Origin: Candidatus Uhrbacteria bacterium | GTDB lineage: Bacteria; Patescibacteriota; Patescibacteriia; UBA9934 | Length of the DNA: 37,438 bases | Reading direction: 5' to 3' | Assembly (NCBI GenBank): GCA_963822405.1 | Contig: CAWGHH010000005.1 | Coordinates: 1-37,438 of the forward strand | Part shown: positions 17,029-26,150 of the stretch, in pieces | How positions within the stretch are numbered: position 1 is the stretch's first letter | Layout: each line of letters starts with the position of its first letter | Notes under the pieces: generated by a model | Seen by the model: only the letters and a program-made list of their open reading frames with translations | Database searches by the model: none | What the model was told of the DNA's origin: nothing | Position numbers and translations under genes: made by a program

Positions 17029-17514
17029 TTAGTAAGCTGGACAAGCACCAGGCTTAAAGCCGGATTCCGTGGCGCAGTTCGCGCCCTTAACTAAACCAAG
17101 TAGCTTGTTAGCCGCCTCAAGTTCAAATTGAACTCTGTATGTAGAACTGTTCGTAGCGTAACAGTAGGCGTTCTTCAAGCCACCACAGGAAGACTTTCCA
17201 GAAAGACCAGTGCTGGTTGATGATGGGATGAACTCGATAAAAGGCGCTTGCACACTGCCAGCAGAACAAGGACCAGAAAAACCATTTTCTGATAAACAAG
17301 CAGTGGTCGCCTGCCCAAGTGGAACAACGCCCTCCGCTACCGGGTAGGCACCGTGCTGATTAAAAAATAATTCTAAGCCAATGCCAACTTCCTGAACATG
17401 CGCCAACCGCGCTACGTCTCTTGCATGTGAACGCGCACTCATGATGGACAGTCCAGATGCGACGCCTACTACGCCAATGATAAGGCCAACCGTCAGTAAT
17501 TCTACTTTTGTCAT
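17029..17514 (-). CDS. type IV pilin-like protein, atypical N terminus
   Basis: MTKVELLTVGLIIGVVGV has Glu at position 5 followed by a hydrophobic helix, then ...ARDVARL...GLELFFNQHGAYP and three Cys pairs. ATG 17514 overlaps the stop of the upstream gene (ATGA). An alternative start at 17571 would add a 19-aa leader ending in Arg rather than Gly. Confidence 0.6.
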   Translation of the reverse strand: MTKVELLTVGLIIGVVGVASGLSIMSARSHARDVARLAHVQEVGIGLELFFNQHGAYPVAEGVVPLGQATTACLSENGFSGPCSAGSVQAPFIEFIPSSTSTGLSGKSSCGGLKNAYCYATNSSTYRVQFELEAANKLLGLVKGANCATESGFKPGACPAY

Positions 17515-17888
17515 ACGGCTAATAATTTTGTGAAAAATTTGATCATGTCTTGAGGCGACAAACTCCCCCATAGCATAACGCCATCAGCTCCAGCCTTATA
17601 TGCTTCATCAACATATTCACGAGACGGACTCTTCAGGAGGAAGACGATCTTAGCCGTATGCAACGTAGGCAATGACCTAAAATGTTTCAATAATTTCTTG
17701 ATTGGCTCGCCGGCTTCTAATTGCTCGACCACGAACACCTTCGGCCTAAAACGAACTGCCTTGCGCTCGCCCTCCTCAACGTCTTCCGCTCCCTCAACTT
17801 TCCAATTTTCTTTTTCAAACCGAGCCGTAAGAATTGTTCTCAGTTTATGATCCTTCATGACAAACATGACGGAAGGTTTAGCGTTCAT
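17511..17888 (-). CDS. CheY-like receiver-fold protein, probably a pseudo-receiver
   Basis: The alternating beta/alpha pattern resembles REC. The expected phospho-acceptor Asp aligns to Glu (KVFVVEQ) and the conserved Lys is not evident. The start is either 17888 (1 nt after the pilM stop) or 17906. Confidence 0.5.
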   Translation of the reverse strand: MNAKPSVMFVMKDHKLRTILTARFEKENWKVEGAEDVEEGERKAVRFRPKVFVVEQLEAGEPIKKLLKHFRSLPTLHTAKIVFLLKSPSREYVDEAYKAGADGVMLWGSLSPQDMIKFFTKLLAV

Positions 17889-17889
17889 A

Positions 17890-19023
17890 CTAACCCTTCT
17901 CCTCAAGCCTCTCAGCTAAGCCAACCGCCACAGTAAATCTTGGCCCAATCTCCTCAAGGATACCGCGCAATCCAGCTGGCGCTAAAACACGCGCCCATGG
18001 ATCACCCAAGTACACATTCATATTCAAAGATTGCGTCAGATACTGGCTCAACCCCGGCAAGTGCGCAGAGCCTCCAGTCACTATAATCTTCTCAACGGGC
18101 TTACCCGCTCCGCCAATCTGTTCCGCGTAAAGTCCAAGCGCATACCGAATCTCATGAACAATTGGTTTCAAAGCCTCAAGAATAGGCGCTGGCAATTTTC
18201 CATCTGCAGAAAAACCAAGATCACGCTTCATCGCGTCAGCTTCATCAAAACCTATGCCCATAGTTTGGGCGAGGGCCTGCGTGATAGCATTCCCACCTCC
18301 CTTAATTACTCTGGTAAGAAGTGGAATGCCTTGATCGACTATAGCCAAGTTGGAGCGTTCCGCGCCGACATCTACCAGAAGAACATGTGACCTCTCTTTT
18401 CCCACTAATGAACGGGTCATGGCGAAAGTCTCCGTTTCAAGAGAAACAAGTTCTAAACCGAGATCCTTAAATAGGGTCACGTAAGAAGCCACGAGAGTCT
18501 TCGGCGCAGCCGTCAGAAGCACCCGCATGAATTTTGTCTCCATCCCATTCCCTACAGCGACACCAGTGGCACTAGTCGCCTCCGGAGAAATAGTCTCAGT
18601 CAACAAATGTTTATCCAGAATATTCGTATCAAGAACCATGTCCTCAAGAGGCAACGGCAAAAGCTTACGCGACTGCTGTTCTATAAGTGCTTTTAGTTCT
18701 TCTTTTGGATTCTTAGGAACAGGAATAGAAATAATAGCGTGAAAAACATTAGTAGTAGGCAAAGCCGCTACTGCTCGTTTAGCCGTAAATCCACCTTCAC
18801 TCAAAATTTTCCGCAAAACGGCCTCTGTCTTAGGCAAGTCATCAAGCGGAGTGGCTCTGGCACCCACTGGCACAGACGGCTCAGCGTATCCGTACGTCAC
18901 GAGCTTCATGCGTCCGCCTTCCGCGGGCGCGAGCTCGACAATTTTCATCCCAGCAGTGCCTAGATCAATGCCAAGTAAACCTTGGCTGACGGGCTCTGTT
19001 TTATTTCCTCCAAAGATGGCCAT
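17890..19023 (-). CDS. pilM: type IV pilus assembly protein PilM (actin-like ATPase fold)
   Basis: 377 aa with GIDLGTAGMKIVEL, VDVGAERSNL and IIVTGGSAHLPGL. Confidence 0.87.
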   Translation of the reverse strand: MAIFGGNKTEPVSQGLLGIDLGTAGMKIVELAPAEGGRMKLVTYGYAEPSVPVGARATPLDDLPKTEAVLRKILSEGGFTAKRAVAALPTTNVFHAIISIPVPKNPKEELKALIEQQSRKLLPLPLEDMVLDTNILDKHLLTETISPEATSATGVAVGNGMETKFMRVLLTAAPKTLVASYVTLFKDLGLELVSLETETFAMTRSLVGKERSHVLLVDVGAERSNLAIVDQGIPLLTRVIKGGGNAITQALAQTMGIGFDEADAMKRDLGFSADGKLPAPILEALKPIVHEIRYALGLYAEQIGGAGKPVEKIIVTGGSAHLPGLSQYLTQSLNMNVYLGDPWARVLAPAGLRGILEEIGPRFTVAVGLAERLEEKG

Positions 19024-19050
19024 AGTTGGGAAAAGTATAGCACATTATGC

Positions 19051-19482
19051 CTAAGATCTAGCCAAATTTTCATCAATCGTTTTATTTACCAGGGCATCCG
19101 CATCCGTATTATATTCCCGACGAACGTGCGTAAACTTTACTGACCTAAAATGAGTCTTCAAGTTATGGATCTCTAAAAATAGTTTAGCGAGCGCCGGATT
19201 CTTCACCCGGTAAATCCCTAGTTGCTGTTTTACGGCGAGTTCTGAATCAAGGAAATACTCAACTACGTTATAACCAAGCTCATGAGCCTTCTGCAGACCC
19301 ACAATAATCCCCGTGTACTCAGCCACATTGTTCGTCGCATGATCAAAATACCTAAAAGCCTCACCGACTCTTTCTCCTCGACTACCGTCATCATTCTTCG
19401 CAAACAAAACCGCCGCTCCGGCCGCTGGTCCAGGGTTTCCTCGGGCACCTCCATCGGCATAGATGATTACATGCTTCAGCAT
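19051..19482 (-). CDS. rnhA: ribonuclease HI
   Basis: IYADGGARGNPGPAAGA, NNVAEYTGII, DSELAVKQ and REYNTDADAL match the DEDD catalytic pattern. Start set at ATG 19482 (MLKHVIIY). Confidence 0.87.
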   Translation of the reverse strand: MLKHVIIYADGGARGNPGPAAGAAVLFAKNDDGSRGERVGEAFRYFDHATNNVAEYTGIIVGLQKAHELGYNVVEYFLDSELAVKQQLGIYRVKNPALAKLFLEIHNLKTHFRSVKFTHVRREYNTDADALVNKTIDENLARS

Positions 19483-19516
19483 ATTGCAAATGTACGGATT
19501 TGGCGACGCCAAATCC

Positions 19517-21212
19517 TTACGCCTTAATATCAATTATACGATACTGCACCTCCTTTCTCCCATTCCACTCATTCTCCCCCGCTTCATAGACCACATCGAT
19601 CATATCGCCAATCTTCAAAGTGGTCAGGAGATGACCCATAGAAAAACCAACTAACTTAAACTGCGCCCCTGTTTGGTCAAGGACATTCAGCCGGACATGC
19701 GCGCCAGTTGCTCCCATTGGCATCACCTCGCGAACTTTAAGTTTTGTCGCCGCGAACATTGGCGGACGGTTCCCCTCACCAAACGGCTGACAAGCGTTCA
19801 GTGAATTAATAAGGTCGAGCGTTACTTCGACGAGCGGAACCTCAGCATCAATCAATAATTTGTCGATTGGCCCAGCTTCCCCAAAGTGAATATGCGCGAA
19901 GTCATTCATCTTCTCGCGAAAAATAGACAGGTTTTCCATTGACGGCAAAGTCAAACCACACGCCTGCGGGTGTCCGCCTTTTTTCACAAAAATATCACCG
20001 CAAGAATTCATCGCTTCGACTAGATGCAAGCCACCAAGTGATCGTCCAGAACCAACAAAATGCTCGCCAACATTTGTAAACGCAAACGCTGGCTTCCCAA
20101 ACTCGCTCACTAGCCGGCCAGCTACAAGACCGACAATTCCGGGGAGCCACGCATCAGAATGCACAACGAGTACGGGCAAGGCGCCGCCTTGCCCCTTCAC
20201 CTGCTCTTTAGCAATCTTGTACATGTCAGCAAACAGCCCCTGCCGTTCTTTATTCAGTTCTTCGAGTCTCACAACTGGCCCCATAGCTTCCTCAAAAGTC
20301 TCCGCAGACAACGCATCAAACGCAATTTTTGCACTCGCAATTCTCCCCGCCGCGTTTAGTCTAGCGACCTATCCTATAACCAACCGCCTGCGTATCAATG
20401 TCGCCCGCTTCAACACCCGCCGACGCAATAATCGCCTTGAGCCCAGGACGCCGCGTCTTCTGTAAAACTTTAAGGCCGAAAAATTCGAGCGCACGATTCT
20501 CACCCAAGAGTGGCATCACGTCAGTCACCGTCGCAACAGCCACAAGGTCAAGCATCCACTTCTCGTACCCCACCGGAATATCCGCGCCATGATTCCGTGC
20601 CTCAGCAACCAAACCACACGCGAATTTATACGCTACACCTGTTCCGCAAAGTGTCTTATTCGGGTACGTCTCCCCCGGTGCCAATGGATGCAAAATTATC
20701 GAGTGGTCAGGAAAGTGCGTTCCCATCTGGTGGTGATCACAAACTATCGAGTCGACACCCAGCTCATGCGCCCGCCCAAGCTCAAGTCCGTTCGCAATTC
20801 CGCAATCAACCGTAATCAGTAGTCGAATTCCGTCACGCGCGAACTGTTCAACATTGTGCATCGCGACACCGTAGCCATCCTTCTCACGGTCAGGCAGAAA
20901 GGCCTCGACGAGAAACTCGATCTCAAGTGCCTTACAGATATCCCGAATGGCACAATACAAAACCGTTGTCCCGGAAACGCCGTCCGCATCATAGTCACCA
21001 TGAATCACGATCTTCTCCTCATTAGCCAGCGCGTCAAATAATCGAGCTACCGCTTCCGGCATCTTTGTAAATTTATCAAACGAAAAAGTGTCGCGCTCAA
21101 AATTTGGTGCCAAAAAATTAGCCACGTTCTCCGTCGCTACTCCTCTATTCGCGAGTATCTGATGCAGCAAGGACTCCTCCGTCCTCGGCCTAATATCCCA
21201 AAGTTTTTTCAT
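19517..21212 (-). pseudogene. recJ: single-stranded-DNA exonuclease RecJ, interrupted by a 1-nt frameshift near 20366
   Basis: The N-terminal ORF (20361..21212) has the DHH domain (IHGDYDADGVSG, VDCG, CDHHQ) and ends ...AVGYRIGR-stop. The +1 frame continues ARLNAAGRIASAK into the DHHA1 ORF (GGHPQACG). Confidence 0.75.
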
Positions 21213-21213
21213 G

Positions 21214-21312
21214 TTAGAACCCCAGCGCCACCATAGACACAATCATCGAAACCAAAATCAACCCCGCAATCACTGCCCAAAACCTTTTAATTGTTTTTTC
21301 CGTGATTTTCAT
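21214..21312 (-). CDS. possible 32-aa single-pass membrane peptide
   Basis: MKITEKTIKRFWAVIAGLILVSMIVSMVALGF. Its TAA lies 1 nt from the recJ ATG. Support comes only from hydrophobicity and packing. Confidence 0.3.
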   Translation of the reverse strand: MKITEKTIKRFWAVIAGLILVSMIVSMVALGF

Positions 21313-21410
21313 GTGGATATGGTAGCGAAGTTGGTCGATGCGCGGTAGAGGGGAGGTGGATGAAAACAAAGAACCGTACCGCGAAGGCCGGTGGGCTCTT
21401 CGGGGTGCGG

Positions 21411-21692
21411 TCAGCGTTTCTGAGGTGGTTTCTTGAGGATGGTGATGTGGTCCGGCAGCGTTCCGCCGGGGAGATTCGGGGAATAGCCTCCGCACTCGCC
21501 ATCGTAACAGCCGAGCTTGAAGACCTCGTCGGTCTTGGGACGGTAGACGATCGCCCACCACTCGCACGGGTTGTCTCTGATGTGCCACACATCAACGTTC
21601 AGGGCCCCTTCCTTGAGATACCAGTCAGATTTCTGAGGAATGCTGTCGATCGAGGTGAAGATGATCAAGCGGGGCTTGGCTGCAGCGGTCAT
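21411..21692 (-). CDS. hypothetical protein (93 aa), GC-rich, SD-preceded
   Basis: GGAGG (21702-21698) lies 5 nt before ATG 21692 (MTAAAKPRLIIF...). Its composition is unlike that of neighbouring genes. Confidence 0.55.
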   Translation of the reverse strand: MTAAAKPRLIIFTSIDSIPQKSDWYLKEGALNVDVWHIRDNPCEWWAIVYRPKTDEVFKLGCYDGECGGYSPNLPGGTLPDHITILKKPPQKR

Positions 21693-21808
21693 TTGAACCT
21701 CCAAACGGTGTGAGGAAACCATGTCAGTATAACAAAAAAATGGCCTTTTGTCAAGGCCGATAACGCATAAAAGTGGCTAATAATAGCTAATAAATAAGCG
21801 CCGTGTCA

Positions 21809-21837
21809 TTGACAAAACCGGCAAATTCTGCTAATAT
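21809..21837 (+). promoter_or_regulatory. sigma70-type promoter
   Basis: TTGACA (21809-21814), a 17-nt spacer, then TAATAT (21832-21837), ending 30 nt before ATG 21868. Confidence 0.65.
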
Positions 21838-21867
21838 TTCCGGTTATCTAAAATTGGCTATTGCCTT

Positions 21868-22722
21868 ATGAATAAGTTTCGCAACGTACTTTTTGGAATA
21901 CTTCTGCTTGCCGGCATCGTCTGTACAACATCAGCGAATGCCCTCGCCTACAATCCTCGAGCAAATCCGGGTCCAAATGGCACATATCAGACGTACTTCC
22001 CGAACCACGGGGATATTGTGATGTGTGACGAATCACCAGCGGTTTATCGTGTTTTGAAAGAAATTACGAATATCGATGACGGATCAAGCGACGTTCGCCA
22101 TCCGTATGTGTTAACTTTTAAAGCGGTTCAGTACCCAAATGAAGCAGTATTCCGTAAAGATGGCCAGTCTTTCTCCAAGATTCAGCATATTAGTTGCGAT
22201 GATCTTCATGACTTTTACTTTGGTGGGATCGCAAACTCATCAGACATCGGGGGGATCCTGAATGAGGAACCATTCTCTAGTCTCATCAAATTCCCTGATT
22301 CACCAACGGTCTACCTTCTCAATGACCGTAGCGGTGGATGTTTTGACGATACATGTCTAACAAAGCTTCGAGCATGGGCGATCCCAGACGAACAGACCGC
22401 CGCTCTCATTGACGGACAGAATTGGAACAAACACATAGTTGTCCTGGATTCCTGGACGCGTGCTGACATTGAAATAATTCCAAACTTCGCTGAGTGGAAA
22501 GCGAAAAATATCTATTACCCGGTTGTCACCTTCTTTAAAGCATCAGATCATTCTCAAGCCTACATGATTGATGACTTCGATCTCAAAACGCTCGTGAGTT
22601 ATTACACGAATGGATTGGATTCGCTGGCATCGCGCAACTTCGTTTATGTCATCTCCGATGAAGAGTTTGCGAAATGGGTCGTGGTTAGACACTACGGTCA
22701 ATACGGTATCCGGATCGATTAG
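21868..22722 (+). CDS. secreted hypothetical protein (284 aa)
   Basis: The signal peptide MNKFRNVLFGILLLAGIVCTTSANALA is followed by several Cys residues. The gene has its own promoter and terminator. Confidence 0.72.
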   Translation: MNKFRNVLFGILLLAGIVCTTSANALAYNPRANPGPNGTYQTYFPNHGDIVMCDESPAVYRVLKEITNIDDGSSDVRHPYVLTFKAVQYPNEAVFRKDGQSFSKIQHISCDDLHDFYFGGIANSSDIGGILNEEPFSSLIKFPDSPTVYLLNDRSGGCFDDTCLTKLRAWAIPDEQTAALIDGQNWNKHIVVLDSWTRADIEIIPNFAEWKAKNIYYPVVTFFKASDHSQAYMIDDFDLKTLVSYYTNGLDSLASRNFVYVISDEEFAKWVVVRHYGQYGIRID

Positions 22723-22742
22723 TACGACCATAAGATAAAAAA

Positions 22743-22767
22743 ATTCACCGACACAACGTCGGTGAAT
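22743..22767. terminator. bidirectional terminator between convergent genes
   Basis: ATTCACCGAC-ACAAC-GTCGGTGAAT, flanked by A7 on the left and T5 on the right. Confidence 0.8.
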
Positions 22768-22772
22768 TTTTG

Positions 22773-24572
22773 TTATCGCCTCAGCACCTTCATATACGCC
22801 TCGCTTGGGATCTCGACGCTTCCCACGCCCATCGCCATCATCTTCGCTTTACCCTTTTTCTGCTTCTGCAAAAGTTTTAGTTTTCGAGTGTAGTCACCGC
22901 CGTACAGGTCACCGGTCACGTCTTTACGCATGGCAGAGATTCTCTCGGCGGCCACAATTTTGCCACCTACGGCAGCTTGGAGTTTGATCACGAACTGCAT
23001 GCGCGGGATTGTCTCCTTGAGAATGTCGAGAACTTTACGGCCAACGGGTTCACACTCGTCGCGGTAAACTAACATCGCGAAGGCATCGACGGTGTCGTCT
23101 GCAACCATGATGTCGAGCTTAACTACGTCAGCTACTCGATAATCAAAAATTTCATAGCTCATGGAACCGTAGCCACTCGACGCACTTTTCAGTCGGTCGT
23201 TGAAGTCGACGATGATCGCCGAAAGTGGCAACTCGTAATGCAACATCGCGCGACCTTCAGACAAATAATCCGTGTTCACATAAATGCCGCGACGCTCTTG
23301 GCACAACGTCATGACGTTACCGATATAGTCGGCAGGAGTAATGATATCGACCTTGGCCCACGGCTCTTCGATCTTCGAGATATGTGATGGGTCTGGTAAG
23401 TCGAGCGCGCCCTTGATCACTCTAAACTCGTCGGTACCGGCGGTATATACCCGGTACGCCACGCTCGGCAAAGTGACAATGAGATCAATTGTATACTCGC
23501 GGGACAAACGTTCCTTCAAAATTTCAAGGTGTAGCATGCCCAGGAATCCACAACGAAAACCATAGCCAAGTGCGGGCGAATGTTCAGGCTCGAACATGAG
23601 AGCCGCATCGTTCAGTTTCAAACGATCCATCGCGTCACGAAGCGCACCGTACTCATCCCCCTGTGCCGGAAAAATACCGGCGTACACCATCGGCTTAACC
23701 TCGCGATAACCGGCGAGTGATTCAGCGGTTTCGCCCAAATGTGTAATCGTATCGCCTACTCGACAAGAACGAATGTCCTTGAGACCAGTGACAACGTAAC
23801 CGATCTGACCTGTTTCTAGTTCTTCAAGTGGATGAAACTTTGGTTTGAGCGCACCGATCTCAAGAATTTCGCCGTCAGACTGCGTGGCGTTCATGTGCAA
23901 TTTCTCGCGCTTCTTAAACGTGCCGTCGACAACTCGAACATATGCCACAACTCCCTTGTAGTCGTCGTAAGCCGAATCAAAAATCAACGCACGAGGTGCA
24001 GCGTCAGGATCTCCTTGTGGAGCTGGAATTCGGTCGATAATTACGTCGAGCAACTCCCGCACGCCCTCCCCCGTCTTGCCAGAAACTGCCAGCACGTCTT
24101 CTTCTTTACAACCAAGTAACTTTACAAGTTCTGCTTTTCTTCGAGGAACATCAGCCGCCGGCAAGTCGATCTTGTTCAGTACAGGAATAATTTCGAGGTT
24201 CTGTTCTATCGCCAAATATAAGTTCGCAACAGTTTGCGCTTGAACACCTTGCGTGGCATCGACCAAAAGAACTGCGCCGTCGACGGCCGCCAGTGATCGA
24301 GAGACCTCGTAGTTAAAGTCGATGTGTCCTGGAGTGTCGATCAAGTTCAAAGTAAACTCTGTCTCCCCCTTCTTCCAGTTCATTCTGGCCGGCGCGAGCT
24401 TAATAGTGATTCCTCTTTCGCGCTCGAGGTCCATGGAGTCCAATAACTGGTCTTTCATGTTCCGGCTCGCCACTGTCCCTGTAATCTCAAGTAACCGATC
24501 CGAAAGGGTCGATTTGCCGTGATCCACGTGCGCGATGATACAGAAATTTCGGATCTTATCTTGGGGAACCAT
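22773..24572 (-). CDS. lepA: translation elongation factor 4 (LepA)
   Basis: 599 aa with the GTPase motifs AHVDHGKST, DTPGH and NKID, and a LepA-type C-terminal domain. Confidence 0.98.
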   Translation of the reverse strand: MVPQDKIRNFCIIAHVDHGKSTLSDRLLEITGTVASRNMKDQLLDSMDLERERGITIKLAPARMNWKKGETEFTLNLIDTPGHIDFNYEVSRSLAAVDGAVLLVDATQGVQAQTVANLYLAIEQNLEIIPVLNKIDLPAADVPRRKAELVKLLGCKEEDVLAVSGKTGEGVRELLDVIIDRIPAPQGDPDAAPRALIFDSAYDDYKGVVAYVRVVDGTFKKREKLHMNATQSDGEILEIGALKPKFHPLEELETGQIGYVVTGLKDIRSCRVGDTITHLGETAESLAGYREVKPMVYAGIFPAQGDEYGALRDAMDRLKLNDAALMFEPEHSPALGYGFRCGFLGMLHLEILKERLSREYTIDLIVTLPSVAYRVYTAGTDEFRVIKGALDLPDPSHISKIEEPWAKVDIITPADYIGNVMTLCQERRGIYVNTDYLSEGRAMLHYELPLSAIIVDFNDRLKSASSGYGSMSYEIFDYRVADVVKLDIMVADDTVDAFAMLVYRDECEPVGRKVLDILKETIPRMQFVIKLQAAVGGKIVAAERISAMRKDVTGDLYGGDYTRKLKLLQKQKKGKAKMMAMGVGSVEIPSEAYMKVLRR

Positions 24573-24613
24573 AATTGGCCGATAGCTTACCGAATTACCG
24601 GCTCCTTGTCCAA

Positions 24614-24642
24614 GAAATTATTTGGCCTGAAATTATTTGGCC
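24614..24642. repeat. tandem direct repeat GAAATTATTTGGCC x2
   Basis: Identical 14-mers at 24614-24627 and 24629-24642, in the lepA/pyrF divergent spacer. Confidence 0.8.
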
Positions 24643-24749
24643 CCGAATTCACGCTTGTGTTTTTTTGACCCATCAAGTAATCTACCGACGGATTTCGACT
24701 CGATAGCCGAGCCGTGAACATCCGTTCTCAATTTCAAAGGAAGGGTAAA

Positions 24750-25580
24750 ATGAGCAATCGAAATTTTCGAGCACTTCTGGAAAACCAGTGGGATCGCGAA
24801 AACTTCGCCTGCGTTGGACTCGACAGCGAGTTCGGCAAGATTCCTGAGTCCGCACGCTGGGACGGCGTTGCTAGCACAATTGTGCAATTCAACCGGACTA
24901 TCGTCGAGGCGACAAATGACCTCGTCTGCGCATACAAGCCGAACGCGGCGTTCTATGAAGCACACGGTAGCGAAGGCATGATTGCGCTCCAGCGCACGAT
25001 CGCGGACATCCACGCCATCGCGCCGGACGTGCTGGTGATCCTGGATGCCAAGCGAGCGGACATCGGTAATACGAACGCCGGGTACGTGAATGCAGCCTTC
25101 GACTTCCTGCAAGCGGACGCCATCACCGTGCATCCGTACCTCGGAGCCGAAGCACTCCAACCGTTCCTCGCGCGAGCCGACAAGGGCGTCATTGTCCTCT
25201 GCCGCACGTCCAACCCCGGCGCGGGCGAGTTCCAGGATCTGCGCGTGGACGGCGAACCGCTCTACAAGATCGTCGCCCGCAAGGTGGCGACCGAGTGGAA
25301 CAAGAACGGAAACTGCGCGCTCGTCGTTGGCGCTACGTGCCCCGAGGAACTCGGTGAAGTCCGCGAGATCGTCGGCGACATGCCAATCCTCATCCCTGGC
25401 ATCGGCGCCCAAGGTGGCGATGTCGAGAAGGCCGTCACCGCTGGCAAAACCAAGAGTGGCAAGGGCATGATCATCAACTCGTCCCGTGGCATCATCTTCG
25501 CCTCCAAAGGCGCGGACTACGCCGAAGCCGCTCGTCGGGAGACGATCAAGCTCCGCGACCTCATCAACCAGTACCGATAG
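24750..25580 (+). CDS. pyrF: orotidine 5'-phosphate decarboxylase (long, type-2-like)
   Basis: VGLD, DAKRADIGNT and PGIGAQGG motifs. Start set at ATG 24750, after the purine-rich GGAAGGG. The gene is very GC-rich compared with its neighbours. Confidence 0.88.
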   Translation: MSNRNFRALLENQWDRENFACVGLDSEFGKIPESARWDGVASTIVQFNRTIVEATNDLVCAYKPNAAFYEAHGSEGMIALQRTIADIHAIAPDVLVILDAKRADIGNTNAGYVNAAFDFLQADAITVHPYLGAEALQPFLARADKGVIVLCRTSNPGAGEFQDLRVDGEPLYKIVARKVATEWNKNGNCALVVGATCPEELGEVREIVGDMPILIPGIGAQGGDVEKAVTAGKTKSGKGMIINSSRGIIFASKGADYAEAARRETIKLRDLINQYR

Positions 25581-25601
25581 GTAGAACCAAACTCGACCTA
25601 T

Positions 25602-25647
25602 CACCGATACCTCCCGTACGCCCAGCGCTGCGGGAGGGTTTTTATTT
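25602..25647 (+). terminator. terminator hairpin, copy 1 of a 45-nt direct repeat
   Basis: CACCGATACCTCCCGTACGCCCAGCGCTGCGGGAGGGTTTTTATTT has stem CCTCCCG/CGGGAGG followed by a T run. Confidence 0.75.
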
Positions 25648-25660
25648 GACGAAAAAGTAA

Positions 25661-26128
25661 ATGGCGACTAGTATTTCCCCTTCCGTGAACCGAAACGGAA
25701 CAGGAGACACCGTGCCCGAAATCATTAACGAACTTGCCATGGTGCTGGATAGGCTCTTTAATGAGCGCGCCACCGAAAATGCACCGCTCGATTCCATTCG
25801 TTCGCAAGCAATGTTCGTAGACATATCAGCTCCACAAATGAGCAGACTACGGACCGGCAAAGCGCCACTGACGAGGCGGATGGTGCGGAAGTTTTCTCAA
25901 AAACTCGGTCGCACGAGCGAAGAGAAAGACAACATCTACCAACGACTCATAGGGCTGAGCAACCATACAATCCAAGAAGTTCCGACGCATCAAGAATTAA
26001 ATGACAAGATCAAGTACCATACTGACGCCATCAAGGAACACCAAAAGCAATTGAAGGATCTGCACTGGGCTGAACAAAATTACGAGGTCTGGGCAAAGGG
26101 CTTCGAGATTCTCAGGAGACTCAAGTGA
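25661..26128 (+). CDS. XRE-like helix-turn-helix protein
   Basis: An HTH-like segment (FVDISAPQMSRLRTGKAPLTRRMVRKFSQKLG) and a coiled-coil C terminus. The start is uncertain: a TTGACG-N17-TAGTAT promoter-like pair (25646-25674) would favour ATG 25739 over 25661. Confidence 0.6.
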   Translation: MATSISPSVNRNGTGDTVPEIINELAMVLDRLFNERATENAPLDSIRSQAMFVDISAPQMSRLRTGKAPLTRRMVRKFSQKLGRTSEEKDNIYQRLIGLSNHTIQEVPTHQELNDKIKYHTDAIKEHQKQLKDLHWAEQNYEVWAKGFEILRRLK

Positions 26129-26150
26129 CATCACGTAATTCACACACGAC

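Noticed and set aside
21214-21713. Overlapping 124-, 102- and 117-aa ORFs in the GC-rich patch upstream of recJ
   Set aside because: Their Arg/Pro/Ser-rich translations are typical of off-frame reading of GC-rich DNA. Only the 21411..21692 frame has an SD plus a plausible composition. I kept only the last 32 codons of the 124-aa ORF, as a low-confidence peptide.
24633-25604. 323-aa ORF on the minus strand
   Set aside because: It lies exactly antisense to pyrF. It has an Arg/Ala/Asp/Val-rich low-information translation and no motifs. This is a shadow ORF of the kind expected in a very GC-rich gene.
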